A stretch of 63,124 nt of DNA from the NCBI GenBank assembly GCA_043827025.1, contig JBDRPL010000002.1, forward strand, positions 1 through 63,124, given 5' to 3'. The position numbers were made by a program, and so were the translations under genes. The notes beneath the pieces were generated by a model, which did no database searches, had not been told where the DNA came from, and saw only the letters and a program-made list of their open reading frames with translations. The DNA comes from Candidatus Micrarchaeota archaeon (GTDB lineage Archaea > Micrarchaeota > Micrarchaeia > Anstonellales > Bilamarchaeaceae). This document shows, one piece after another, positions 49,399-59,746 of this stretch (the stretch's first letter is position 1; each line of letters begins with the position of its first letter).

Positions 49399-50268
49399 AT
49401 GAAGAAATTCGAGTACCTAGAGTTTCAAAATAAGCTAGAAGAAAAGAAAGAAGAGCGTGAGCTCAAACTCGAAGATAAGAAATTGCCATTCTTTTCTACT
49501 GAAGTTCCAATATCCTCGCAGAAATCTGAAAGCGATGAAATAATTACAGTAACGCACAACTGGAATGACTCAGAAGCCCCATGGATACGCGTAAAGAAAG
49601 CAGAATACCTAAAAGGCGAAGACCTTGATGGAATATACAGCATAAACATCAGAGATGGTGCTGAAAAGGCAATGGTAAAGAAGCTAGGCTTCAGCTACGT
49701 CCTTAGAAAAGCCTCCAGAATAGTAGCACGTTCATTATTCTCAGCAATGAGAAAAGCAAAACTCTGTATAGAAAAAGTAGTTGGATTCCTTACTACAATG
49801 TGCGGCAATACTTACTTGATATCAAAAATAAGCAAAGGTACGTGGAGCTTTGACAAATCCATTCACGACGAAAACGTAAACATACTCGAAATAGAATCAC
49901 TCCAACCTTCGGAAAAAGACAAGATGTTTGAAATGGTTACTGAAAAAATGATTGAACTCCATTCAAACAGGTTCCTCATAAAGGAATTTTCAATGGAAAA
50001 CATCATCATGACTGACAATGACATATATTTCGCAGACCCAAGGAACCTTAGAACCACCCGAAAGCTTTCTATTCTTGCAGATGAGTTCAAGGCAGTGTTG
50101 AAATATTTTGTTTCTCTCGGAATGAGCAGAGGCGCAGCCTACAACTCAATTGCAGTATACACCCAAAGCGCAAAGGATGCCACAAACGAATGGTATACTG
50201 AAAAGACAGGTAAGAAAGCCAAGGATGAGGTGGAGCTGGCTTCAGAATTCGAAAAAGACCTGTTCTGA
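49399..50268 (+). CDS. Protein-kinase-like (RIO/Kdo-kinase fold) protein, probably catalytically degenerate
   Basis: ELHSNRFLIKEFSMENII...IYFAD resembles LH..G..HGD....N....D without the catalytic Asp. Confidence 0.45.
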   Translation: MKKFEYLEFQNKLEEKKEERELKLEDKKLPFFSTEVPISSQKSESDEIITVTHNWNDSEAPWIRVKKAEYLKGEDLDGIYSINIRDGAEKAMVKKLGFSYVLRKASRIVARSLFSAMRKAKLCIEKVVGFLTTMCGNTYLISKISKGTWSFDKSIHDENVNILEIESLQPSEKDKMFEMVTEKMIELHSNRFLIKEFSMENIIMTDNDIYFADPRNLRTTRKLSILADEFKAVLKYFVSLGMSRGAAYNSIAVYTQSAKDATNEWYTEKTGKKAKDEVELASEFEKDLF

Positions 50269-50314
50269 CTGCTAAAGGCCAGTTTATCTTTCTTTTGATT
50301 CAATATCCTATTAC

Positions 50315-51100
50315 ATGTCAAAATACAAACCAACAAAGGAAAAAATACATCGAGTGCATCAGCGCAAGCCGAACAAATGGGCACGCTTCAGAGACATGCT
50401 GAAACACTGTGAAATTGTTTTAGAGGTGCTTGATGCACGAGACCCAGAAGGAACAAGAACCCCTATTTTAGAGCATTGGGCAGGAAGGGACCGCATAATC
50501 AAAATTGTGAACAAAAGCGACCTTATGTTTCAGAAAAATCTTGACCCGAACGAATATTTCCTATTCTCTGCAAAATACTGCACTACGAAGAAAAGGCAGG
50601 AACTCATACAAAGAATACTGAACAAGAGAGAAATAAGGCCAATTCGCGTTGTTATAGTTGGGTATCCAAATGTTGGAAAAAGCAGCCTGATAAACATACT
50701 TGCAAAAAAGAAGGTGGCCAGGACTGCCCCAATTTCAGGAACAACCACGAACGTGCAATGGATAAGGATACATCCTGAGATAATGCTTCTGGACACGCCA
50801 GGAGTTTTCTCCGCAAAGCAAAGCCAATACGAATTGCTGATGAAAGGAGCCCTTAACGTAACCAGCATAAAGGACCCGGAAACATTTGCAATAGAATTCC
50901 TGGAAATCGCCATGAGGGATCCGGAAAAACGCAGGAAGATGGAAACATTGTTCGACATACGGATATCTGAGGCAGACACTCCGTCCGAAATCATAGAAAA
51001 AATCGCCAAAAGAAGAGGATTCGTATCGAAAGGCGGAACGCCGAACCTTGATACTGCAATTGTGACATTTCTAAGGAAATTGTCTGAAACAGGCCTCTGA
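50315..51100 (+). CDS. Circularly permuted ribosome-biogenesis GTPase (RbgA/YlqF family)
   Basis: DARDP, NKSD before GYPNVGKSS, DTPG. Confidence 0.9.
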   Translation: MSKYKPTKEKIHRVHQRKPNKWARFRDMLKHCEIVLEVLDARDPEGTRTPILEHWAGRDRIIKIVNKSDLMFQKNLDPNEYFLFSAKYCTTKKRQELIQRILNKREIRPIRVVIVGYPNVGKSSLINILAKKKVARTAPISGTTTNVQWIRIHPEIMLLDTPGVFSAKQSQYELLMKGALNVTSIKDPETFAIEFLEIAMRDPEKRRKMETLFDIRISEADTPSEIIEKIAKRRGFVSKGGTPNLDTAIVTFLRKLSETGL

Positions 51101-51151
51101 CAACTTCAAAAACCTTATATATTTCAGCTCATAAGACTTGTAGGTTGTTTT

Positions 51152-51937
51152 ATGGGAAAACTCATTAAAAAATTCGAAGTCATCATTCTTGACACCAAAG
51201 TGGAATGGGACAAAGTTCTAGACGAATTAAAGAAAAACAATTTCCCAAGAGAAATAAAATTCACTGTTTTTGGAGACGACCCGACCAAATATAGATTTGG
51301 AAGTATGAAAAGGAGGGTTGAGGCCAGCGGGTCAGTATGGGGAGAGATACTTCAAAAGACCTGGGGTGGAAAAGTACCAATACCAAAAAAGAAAAACACA
51401 GTCATCATTTTTGATGTGAATGACTCCAGGATAGACTGGAGTTTTGGAAGAAACCGGCCGACAAAGGGGGCTGCACCTTTTGGAGTAGGAGACAACAATT
51501 TAGAAATTGCATTTGTACAAACAGATGATGCACCCCCTTCAGGAATAGCATCTGTCCTATGGCATGAAATATTGCATGTGGTGGGTGCAGAGGTGCATCT
51601 TGCTGATGAAACGAAAATGGGATTATCCGATTATATGGATGAAGAAGCCATAAAGACGCAGATAGAAGGATTCTGCAAATGGCTAACTGCAAACAACAAG
51701 CAGTATGGGGGAAACAGCTGCGTTGCAGACATTTCCGGCATGCGATTCGGAGCCTACTGGAACAATACCGAATTGACTTTTTTATGGAATGAGTATGCAA
51801 CAAAAAGCTGCGTTCCTGGAACATATCTGGATGAGCATGACAACTGGATTCCCAACCAAAATGAGTTCATGGCTGCAATGAAGAAACTGCCTAAGGAATA
51901 CTTGGAGAATTACAAAAAACTTTCAAAGCTGAAATAA
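51152..51937 (+). CDS. Putative zincin metalloprotease
   Basis: WHEILHVVGAEVH (HExxH..G...H). Confidence 0.55.
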   Translation: MGKLIKKFEVIILDTKVEWDKVLDELKKNNFPREIKFTVFGDDPTKYRFGSMKRRVEASGSVWGEILQKTWGGKVPIPKKKNTVIIFDVNDSRIDWSFGRNRPTKGAAPFGVGDNNLEIAFVQTDDAPPSGIASVLWHEILHVVGAEVHLADETKMGLSDYMDEEAIKTQIEGFCKWLTANNKQYGGNSCVADISGMRFGAYWNNTELTFLWNEYATKSCVPGTYLDEHDNWIPNQNEFMAAMKKLPKEYLENYKKLSKLK

Positions 51938-51938
51938 A

Positions 51939-53474
51939 ATGGAAACAAATGTTTTTGAAGGCGCAATTGACAAGGTCATCTCCAATGCAACAATTCTTGA
52001 TAATCCATCAAAGGAAGAGCTGCAAAAACTGGCGAAAAAAGACGAAACTACGACAGAATTTGGAAGTGCTGTTTATATAACGAAAATAAGGAGCAGAAGT
52101 GCAAAATTTACTGAAATCATTTATGGCAAGCCAACTGATGAACAGGAAAAGCTGATTAGCGAGGTCGTGGAATATCTAAAAGGCAAAACACTTGTCCAAG
52201 TGGATAGGATAATGTGCCTTGATCCAAAGCATAGGCTTGCATGCAGAGCATACGTGACAAAGGAATATGCAAGAATGGCCTTACTTTGGCATGAGATGCT
52301 TTTTCCGCCAAACATAAAGAATGGAAATCTCTTGAAACCAGATATCAACCTGTTGTTTGTCCCTGAATGGCCTGAACGGAGAATATTGATTGATCCAAAA
52401 TCATATACGACGATTGCATTAGGTTCGGATTATTCCGGAGAGATGAAAAAGGCAGGCCTTAGACTTGGGATGTACTATGCAAAAAAACACGGTGGATTGG
52501 GATTGCATGCCGGATGCAAGGACATTTTTGTTAGGAACAAGAGGGGGAAACTAATTGAAAAGGGAGTTTTGTTATTTGGTTTAAGCGCAACTGGCAAGAC
52601 AACGCTTACGTGCCACCACCATTGGCTAAATGAAAAGAAAGGCGAATATGTGATAATAAGGCAAGACGACATTGTTTTTCTGTGGAAAGATGGATCATGC
52701 ACTGGAACTGAAAATAATTTCTACATGAAGACGGAGAATCTTGATCCCAAGACAGAACCTCTTCTTTACCATGCAGTGACAAGTAGGAATGCACTTATCG
52801 AGAATGTCAAAGTGGATGCCAATGGCCGGATGGACTTCCATGATTCATCCATAACTTCGAACGGCAGGGCAGTTGTGATGCGAAATGAATTGGGCCATTA
52901 CTATGATGAATCAATTGACCTGAAAAAAGTTGGTGTGATCATATTCATAACCAGAAGGAATACCGTTGTCCCGCCCATTGCCAAATTGAATGCAGAGCAG
53001 GCAGCTGCATTCTTCATGCTTGGCGAATCAATAGAAACATCTGCAGGCGACCCAACTCAGGCAGGCAAATCCATCCGGGTTGTTGGAACGAATCCATTCA
53101 TAATCGGGCCTGAAGATGAAGAGGGAAACAGATTCTACGAATTCATAAAGAAAGACAAAATTGAATGTTATCTTTTGAATACAGGAAGATTCGGGCAGAA
53201 AGGCGAGTTTAAAGGAGAGAAGATAAAGGTCGAAGATTCATCTGTATTGATGGTGGATGCTATAAGAGACGATATTGAATGGATAAATGATAAGTTTTGG
53301 GGATATCTTGTGCCGAAAAAGGCGAAGGGAATCGACCTGGAAAGATTCGATTGGAAAAGATATTATTCAGATGGAGAGTATGCAAAACTTAATGAAGAAC
53401 TGAAGCTGGAGAGGAAGGAATGGCTTGGAAAATTTGGAAACCTGAATATGAAGATAAGGAATGCAATAAAATAA
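51939..53474 (+). CDS. pckA: Phosphoenolpyruvate carboxykinase (ATP-type)
   Basis: YSGEMKK, LHAG, FGLSATGKTT, QDD, NGRA and LLNTG motifs. Confidence 0.9.
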   Translation: METNVFEGAIDKVISNATILDNPSKEELQKLAKKDETTTEFGSAVYITKIRSRSAKFTEIIYGKPTDEQEKLISEVVEYLKGKTLVQVDRIMCLDPKHRLACRAYVTKEYARMALLWHEMLFPPNIKNGNLLKPDINLLFVPEWPERRILIDPKSYTTIALGSDYSGEMKKAGLRLGMYYAKKHGGLGLHAGCKDIFVRNKRGKLIEKGVLLFGLSATGKTTLTCHHHWLNEKKGEYVIIRQDDIVFLWKDGSCTGTENNFYMKTENLDPKTEPLLYHAVTSRNALIENVKVDANGRMDFHDSSITSNGRAVVMRNELGHYYDESIDLKKVGVIIFITRRNTVVPPIAKLNAEQAAAFFMLGESIETSAGDPTQAGKSIRVVGTNPFIIGPEDEEGNRFYEFIKKDKIECYLLNTGRFGQKGEFKGEKIKVEDSSVLMVDAIRDDIEWINDKFWGYLVPKKAKGIDLERFDWKRYYSDGEYAKLNEELKLERKEWLGKFGNLNMKIRNAIK

Positions 53475-53664
53475 TAATCCTTTGCTCCAGAACAACGGCA
53501 TGAAATCCATGAAGTTCTCAGTATCAGATGTCCGCAATATTCGAATAGAATTGGCAAAGGCAAGCAGGGAATTGCAACAGCACCAGGAGGATACATGCCT
53601 TGATTCCATTGGAAAGTATTTGGAAAAGGTTTAAAATCTTAGATTCGAGACTAAACCGATCAAT

Positions 53665-54234
53665 ATGGCTAAGAAAACTAAAAATACTAATAAAAATACA
53701 AATTCTGGAATGGGAAAAATGGAGGGTTGGTTCCTAGGAATGGGGATCCTCTTCATAATCCTGGGTGTCATGTTCATGCTCTTGCCAGTGATTGCAAGCG
53801 TGGCAGCGGAAATGCTTTTCGGACTGATTCTGCTGGTTCTGGGAATCGCGGAAATCGTGTTTTCATTCATGACAAAGAAATGGACAGGCTTCTTGTTCGT
53901 GCTGTTGAGCGGATTGTTGTTTTTCATAGTTGGTATATACCTACTGACAAATCCTATTGCTGGAATGATAACACTGACGCTCCTTATCGGAATACTCTTG
54001 TTCATCGGAGGATTCGTAAAGATAATACAGTCACTTTCATCCAAGCCTGCAGGCCACTGGGAATGGCTATTCTTCAACGGAATACTATCTATGTTGTTGG
54101 GACTTCTGATAATCATGGCATGGCCAAGCGATTCAATATGGGTTGTTGGTCTTCTGTTCGGAATAGACCTGTTGTTCGGAGGAATAACGTTTGTATTGCT
54201 TTCCAGAGCAACAAAGCAGTTCCGCTTGGATTAG
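53665..54234 (+). CDS. HdeD/DUF308 family membrane protein
   Basis: Six TMs; WPSDSIWVVGLLFGIDLLF.G. Confidence 0.85.
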   Translation: MAKKTKNTNKNTNSGMGKMEGWFLGMGILFIILGVMFMLLPVIASVAAEMLFGLILLVLGIAEIVFSFMTKKWTGFLFVLLSGLLFFIVGIYLLTNPIAGMITLTLLIGILLFIGGFVKIIQSLSSKPAGHWEWLFFNGILSMLLGLLIIMAWPSDSIWVVGLLFGIDLLFGGITFVLLSRATKQFRLD

Positions 54235-54331
54235 GCAAATCTTTTTTTTCTTTTTTAATTCTTTTTCTAAAGAGATATGAATATGGGCGAGAATACGATG
54301 AAGGAAGCATTTGATTTTCCTGAATAACTAG

Positions 54332-54601
54332 TTACTTCTCAATAACGCAAATTATATGATAACCAAATTCTGTCTTGACAGGGCCAATGAACTCACCTAC
54401 TTTGGCCTTAAGGCACGCGTCCTCAAATTCCTTTACCATCTGGCCCTTTTCAAATTTACCAAGATCACCATTATTTCTTTTGCTTGGGCAGCTTGAAAAG
54501 CTCCTTGCAGCCTCTGAAAAGCTGACTGCCTCTGATTTAAGTTCAGCCATTATCCTTTCTGCTTCTTTGGAAGTAGAAACAAGTATGTGTTGAGCTCTCA
54601 T
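54332..54601 (-). CDS. ppiC: Parvulin-type peptidyl-prolyl isomerase, copy 1
   Basis: AQHILV, SSCPS, GDLG, GQMVKEFE and EFGYHII motifs. Confidence 0.92.
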   Translation of the reverse strand: MRAQHILVSTSKEAERIMAELKSEAVSFSEAARSFSSCPSKRNNGDLGKFEKGQMVKEFEDACLKAKVGEFIGPVKTEFGYHIICVIEK

Positions 54602-54659
54602 ACTAATAATACGTTAGTAGAAGTTTATTTAAAGGTATATTTATGGATAATGAAAAGAA

Positions 54660-54989
54660 TCAACAAATAGAATTTAGCATAAAGTTTGGAGGGGGATGTC
54701 GCTTACTTACCACAACATCATTTTTCAATAGAACACGGATTATGTGATAGCCAAAAGATGTCTTGACAGGGCCAATGAGTTTCCCGACTTTGGCTTTAAG
54801 GCATGCCTGTTCGAATTCCTTTACCATCTGGCCTTTCTCGAAGTTGCCCAAATCACCATTGTTCCTTTTGCTTGGACAAGTAGAAAAGCTCCTTGCAGCC
54901 TCTGAAAAACTAAGGGTCTCTGAATTGAGTTCGTTCATGATTCTGTCTGCTTCTTTGGAAGTAGAAACAAGTATGTGTTGAGCTCTCAT
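54660..54989 (-). CDS. ppiC: Parvulin-type peptidyl-prolyl isomerase, copy 2 (C-terminal extension)
   Basis: Near-identical to copy 1, with an extra tail of about 20 aa. Confidence 0.9.
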   Translation of the reverse strand: MRAQHILVSTSKEADRIMNELNSETLSFSEAARSFSTCPSKRNNGDLGNFEKGQMVKEFEQACLKAKVGKLIGPVKTSFGYHIIRVLLKNDVVVSKRHPPPNFMLNSIC

Positions 54990-55094
54990 ACTAATACTAT
55001 GGGTAGGAGTTTATTTAAAGGGATATTTGTGTAAGAAGATAAGAAAAAAGGTGTTTCGGAAAACTTATAAATCGAAACGCCTCTATATTGTATT

Positions 55095-56564
55095 ATGGTT
55101 CCTAGACTAAGCAAAAGAGAAGCAATTGGATTAGAGATCGATCCATTTGGAATTGTACCTGGAAGAAAACTAGAAGGAGAAGATGAAAAAGGGGCTACAA
55201 TAGTATTAACAGAAAAAGAATGGTACGACAAGCTTGTGAAACATACGCAAGAATTATGCAAAGGCAAATCCGGCTTGGAATCAGCTTATGCAATTCTAAA
55301 AGATATAGAAGCTGAGATTGGGAGACCAAATGAATGGCAAGGCTACCAAAAAGGTGGTGCATTAGGCATACGATATCAGAAAAGTCCAGGACGCCGAGAG
55401 GGAAGTTTCAGAGGTATTGATGTTTTTGCCAAGAAAAGAGGGGATTGTGATGAAGTTTCCTATCTTTTTTGCATGATGGCGCGGGCAGTTGGTTTAAAGG
55501 CACATATTGCCGACGTAGAACTTACACGCATAGAAAAATATCAAGCTCTAGATGCAGGGCACGTAATTGCAGCTGTCTTTCTCAATGGCAAGGAAATGGA
55601 TTTTGGAAAAGGAGATGAATATCAACAGCTTAACAAATGGACTGGTTATCCTCCGGGAGAGAGAAAAAAGACATTTGAGAAATTAGGGCTTGATGCCTAT
55701 GGTGACACGCAAGTAGTACTAATGGATGCAGTTTCACATAAAATAGAACACTTCCATTCAGTGACAATAAAAAGCGATAGGGAGGCAATGGCGCTCCATT
55801 ACTCCGAGTTAAGTGGACCGTTAATAGATGATAATAAATATACCACGGCTTTAAAGATGCTGGAAAAGGCCAAGGAACTTGACCCATCTCTCGACAGCAT
55901 ATACATAAACCTGGGTAATTTATTTGCAAAACAAATGAGCCAGGAAAAAAATCCAAAAAAAGCACAGGATTTGTTTTATAAGGCTGAAACCAACTTTCAA
56001 AAGGCCATGGCAATGGATCCAAACTCGCTTCTAAACCTACATAATTTGGGCACCTTGTATTTGAAAAGAGGTTTGTTGGATAAGGCAGAAACATTTTTTA
56101 AAAAGAGTTTGGATTTGAGTGGAAGAGCAAGTAGGTATGCATATACACTTACAGCCCACATTCAATTGGGATTAATTTATCTGGAAAAAGGATATGATAA
56201 GACTGCAGATGATGAATTCAAAGAGGCATTATATATAAATCCAGGTCTTAAACTAGAGCTGACGTATAAGCGTGGTGAAATCTATTATAAAACAAACCGT
56301 TTCGAACAGGCTATTGAATTATTTAATGAAATCACAAGTAAAGATGATCAGTCTATTCGTAATCGTGACAAATTCTTATGTGATTCTATATTTATGCTCG
56401 GAAAATGCTATTTAGGACAAGGCAAGTTAAAAGAAGCGCTTGAATCATTTGAAAGATACGCAAAACTGGACCCTAATTGGAATGAGGTAGATATGGAAAA
56501 AATCAAAGAAGCGAATGAGCATATCAAGGAAATAAGTTCGAAAATGAAAGTATCTATTCGTTAG
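55095..56564 (+). CDS. Transglutaminase-like domain plus TPR repeats
   Basis: GDCDE, GHVIAAV and LMD triad; multiple TPR units. Confidence 0.8.
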   Translation: MVPRLSKREAIGLEIDPFGIVPGRKLEGEDEKGATIVLTEKEWYDKLVKHTQELCKGKSGLESAYAILKDIEAEIGRPNEWQGYQKGGALGIRYQKSPGRREGSFRGIDVFAKKRGDCDEVSYLFCMMARAVGLKAHIADVELTRIEKYQALDAGHVIAAVFLNGKEMDFGKGDEYQQLNKWTGYPPGERKKTFEKLGLDAYGDTQVVLMDAVSHKIEHFHSVTIKSDREAMALHYSELSGPLIDDNKYTTALKMLEKAKELDPSLDSIYINLGNLFAKQMSQEKNPKKAQDLFYKAETNFQKAMAMDPNSLLNLHNLGTLYLKRGLLDKAETFFKKSLDLSGRASRYAYTLTAHIQLGLIYLEKGYDKTADDEFKEALYINPGLKLELTYKRGEIYYKTNRFEQAIELFNEITSKDDQSIRNRDKFLCDSIFMLGKCYLGQGKLKEALESFERYAKLDPNWNEVDMEKIKEANEHIKEISSKMKVSIR

Positions 56565-56613
56565 GCAAAAAAAATAAAGAAAGGATTATACCTCTGGAAT
56601 CAGGTTCGGCCAC

Positions 56614-58920
56614 TCATATCCTCTCCACAGAAGTAGCCCCAAAATTGCCCTTGTCCCGATTAAGTTTATAACTGGAAGCGAATTCCGAACCCATCAAAGA
56701 TTCATCATGCGTAATGACAAATGTCTGTTTGACAACTTCAGGGACTTTATATTGCAAGGTCTGCGATAAGAGCTCTACTGCTTCCTTGTCTAGATTATGA
56801 GTGGGTTCGTCAAGTATAAGCCATGATAGATTTGGAGTTAGTACCATTGCAAGAGCCACTCTTAGCGTAAGTGCAGCACATGCCCTCTCTCCACCAGATG
56901 CAACGCTCTCCAAAGTCTTCCAGCTGTCGCTCATTATCTCGAACTGATAGTCTTTTTCACCTGCACTTAAGCGAAGGGCGCTGTAATCCTTGTAGGGATA
57001 AAAGATAGTCCAGATTTCGTTCATTGCTGAGTTTATTGCTTCGATTAATGAGGACCTGAGATTTGTCTGCGTCTCAATCAATGCAGTACGATAAAGGGAA
57101 AGGTCTTCGATCATCTTTCTGAGAGATTCAAGCTCTGTCTTAATATCTTCCTGGCCTTTGATGTCTTTTAGTATGAGTGCAAGGACATCAGATGCCATCT
57201 TCTGCCTGCTTAGGGAATTGGAAACTAGAGAATTGGTTTTCTCGATCTCGATCCTGACAGATTCAAGAGCTGTTCGGAGTTTCTCGAATTTTGATTCGTC
57301 GAACTGGATTTTGCCAAGACTCAGAATAATGTCATCAAGGGACATCTTCTCGAGTGACAATTTCTGCTTCTTATTAATCAATTTCTCTATGTCACTCATT
57401 TCCAGCACAAGCATCTGGACCCTGTTGTTCAATTCCGATATATCTTTCTCAATCTGGAGTCTTTCATTCCCAAGACATATGAGCGCCCTGCCCCGATCCT
57501 CTTTTTCTGCAATCAGTTTTGAAACATCAGTTGCCTCTGCCTTCAGTATATTGAATCGGTTTGCAAGCAGTTCCAGAGTCTTGATTTTTCTTGAAAGCTC
57601 TTCCAGTTGCTTTGATTTTTGAGGCAGTTCCGAATTGAGTTTGTGCAGCGCTTCTTTTGTTTCTGCAATCTTCTGGTCCTTATGGATCTTGAGATGCTGG
57701 ATCTTGTCTTCATTCAATTCGCTTTCGCACACAGGGCAGATGGAACTGCCTGGCTTCAGCTTTTCAGAAGAGTCCTGAAGCTCAAGCAATTGGTGTTCAA
57801 GGCTCTTTTTCTCGGATTTGGCAGAGATTGATGAGTTTTCAAGTTCCTTGTGCAGATTTACCAAATCTTCCAATGATTCTGCAGCCACTTTGACCTCTAT
57901 AATCTTCAGCTCTGCATTCACCTTTTCAGCAGTCTTTATCCTGGTGTCCAGCACCCCAGTCTCCTTTGAAACATTAGATTCATGTTTTGCAATATCCCTA
58001 AGCTTGGCAAGATAACTTTCCCTGCTTTTCTCGATATCGGATTTTGATTTTTTCAGATTTTCATAGACCTCAAGATTTGCCTCCTTGCCATTGATTTCTT
58101 TTTCTAAAGATTCAATTATTGCCTGTCTCTTTATCTTCTCCTTTGATAGCTGTTCGTATTCGTCTTTGGTTTTTTTCATCTCACTGAACTCTGCAACCAA
58201 TCTTGACGCCTCGGTCTTATGAGCTACTAGAACCTTGCTTGCCCGCTCGAAATCCGAAGTCGTTTTTACAACCTCCTGCTCTTTTTCAAGCCTGCTTTTC
58301 AGAAGAGATTGATATGTTTCAGAGTTCCATTTCGATTCAAGGAAAGATTGGTTGGACTTTAATCTATTAATAACTGAAACGATGTTGGAGCGTGCAGTCT
58401 CGAACTTGTCCAAGCCTAAAAGAAAGTCCATCTCGATCTTTCGTTTGGAAGGATCAAGAGTAAGAAAGTAGTCTATGTTGTTCTGTTCTGAGTAAATTGC
58501 CCTTGTGAAAAGATTATAATCGACTTGGAGAAGGTCTTCAACGTATTTTGTTACAGCTTTCGAGCCTTTTTCCATAAGCTGGCTGTTCTTGTAGATTAAA
58601 GCATTGGTTGAGGTTAAGGATTTGCCTTTCTCTATCTTGCGCTCTATCTTGTAGTTTTCATTGTTCCAAAGAAATTCAATTACTATGTTTGCATGATCCT
58701 CATTCAGCCTTATTATGTGCTCAAGCTTCAATTTTCTCCGTTCAAGTGCTGGAAAAGTTCCAAACAAGGCAAAGCTGATGCCATCTAAAATGGTTGATTT
58801 TCCGCTTCCCATCATGCCAATGAATAAGTTGGTTCCTTCCCTGAACTCGAACAGCGAATCTGAGTGGGAACGCCAGTTCTTGAGGTTGATGGAATTTATC
58901 ATTGAATCACTTAATGCCAT
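56614..58920 (-). CDS. rad50: Rad50-like SMC ATPase
   Basis: GMMGSGKS, central CPVC Zn hook, SGGE signature, LDEPT, ITHD. Confidence 0.9.
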   Translation of the reverse strand: MALSDSMINSINLKNWRSHSDSLFEFREGTNLFIGMMGSGKSTILDGISFALFGTFPALERRKLKLEHIIRLNEDHANIVIEFLWNNENYKIERKIEKGKSLTSTNALIYKNSQLMEKGSKAVTKYVEDLLQVDYNLFTRAIYSEQNNIDYFLTLDPSKRKIEMDFLLGLDKFETARSNIVSVINRLKSNQSFLESKWNSETYQSLLKSRLEKEQEVVKTTSDFERASKVLVAHKTEASRLVAEFSEMKKTKDEYEQLSKEKIKRQAIIESLEKEINGKEANLEVYENLKKSKSDIEKSRESYLAKLRDIAKHESNVSKETGVLDTRIKTAEKVNAELKIIEVKVAAESLEDLVNLHKELENSSISAKSEKKSLEHQLLELQDSSEKLKPGSSICPVCESELNEDKIQHLKIHKDQKIAETKEALHKLNSELPQKSKQLEELSRKIKTLELLANRFNILKAEATDVSKLIAEKEDRGRALICLGNERLQIEKDISELNNRVQMLVLEMSDIEKLINKKQKLSLEKMSLDDIILSLGKIQFDESKFEKLRTALESVRIEIEKTNSLVSNSLSRQKMASDVLALILKDIKGQEDIKTELESLRKMIEDLSLYRTALIETQTNLRSSLIEAINSAMNEIWTIFYPYKDYSALRLSAGEKDYQFEIMSDSWKTLESVASGGERACAALTLRVALAMVLTPNLSWLILDEPTHNLDKEAVELLSQTLQYKVPEVVKQTFVITHDESLMGSEFASSYKLNRDKGNFGATSVERI

Positions 58921-59034
58921 GCCGAAGGTATAGAAGCAGTAATTGGATTTGTTGAAGAGAGAATAAAAAACTACTGCCCCAACCAAAAGAAAAAGACATA
59001 AAAATAGTTGTGTTTAATAGAGATGTGTGATATT

Positions 59035-59742
59035 ATGGCAGTCAGAATCAGGTTAGATGAAAGGATTACAGCAGGCAAAATCCGATTGCAGGTAAGAGAA
59101 CCACTCGTCAGCATAGTTGACCCAATTCTTGATAGATCAGAAAAAATGAGAAATATAGTCAGCGGAATTCTTGGAAATAATTATAGCGGACTGATTGAAT
59201 TGACCCAAAGGGAAAATATCACAGTGGAAAAGGCAAAGGAACTTGTAGCTTTTGCCTATGAAAAGGCAACGGGAGAAAAACACTACTTTACTGCATTCAA
59301 AATAGCATCGAGATTTGAACTAGCTCCTGAAATTGTGATGGAAGCAATGGTAAATGACATGGCAATGACTATGGATGATACGGCATGGAGAGGAAGTACC
59401 AAAAGAATCACAACCACACACTTGGAAATCTTTGGTCTGAGACCTAGTGAAACTGAATTCAAACTTGCAGCCACTATTGCAAGAGACAGAAAAATAGATG
59501 AAGCGAAGAAGGAATGTGCTGAGACTTATCAAATAGGAAATGCAAGATGCGCAGGCGCTGCAGCACTTCTTGAAAGGGCGTATGGCTTGGAACCAAGGGT
59601 AGATTTAGAACTATATAGAGAAGCAGCGCAGGAAGGGATAACAAGATATGAAAATACGGACTCGCACACCCACTCAATCGCTGAAGCACTTGGAACAATG
59701 TTCGACCTTCCTGTTAAACCAGCAAGAAGAGGCCTTGCCTAA
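59035..59742 (+). CDS. Hypothetical orphan protein
   Basis: GTGAT SD then MAVRIRLDER; no recognised motif. Confidence 0.6.
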   Translation: MAVRIRLDERITAGKIRLQVREPLVSIVDPILDRSEKMRNIVSGILGNNYSGLIELTQRENITVEKAKELVAFAYEKATGEKHYFTAFKIASRFELAPEIVMEAMVNDMAMTMDDTAWRGSTKRITTTHLEIFGLRPSETEFKLAATIARDRKIDEAKKECAETYQIGNARCAGAAALLERAYGLEPRVDLELYREAAQEGITRYENTDSHTHSIAEALGTMFDLPVKPARRGLA

Positions 59743-59746
59743 TTTT

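Noticed and set aside
53499..53633. Short ORF MKSMKFSVSDVRNIRIELAK...
   Set aside because: No motif, SD or clear promoter to support it.
54290..54325. Possible third C/D sRNA (GATGA...CTGA)
   Set aside because: No proper C box, no internal D'/C' pair and wrong spacing.
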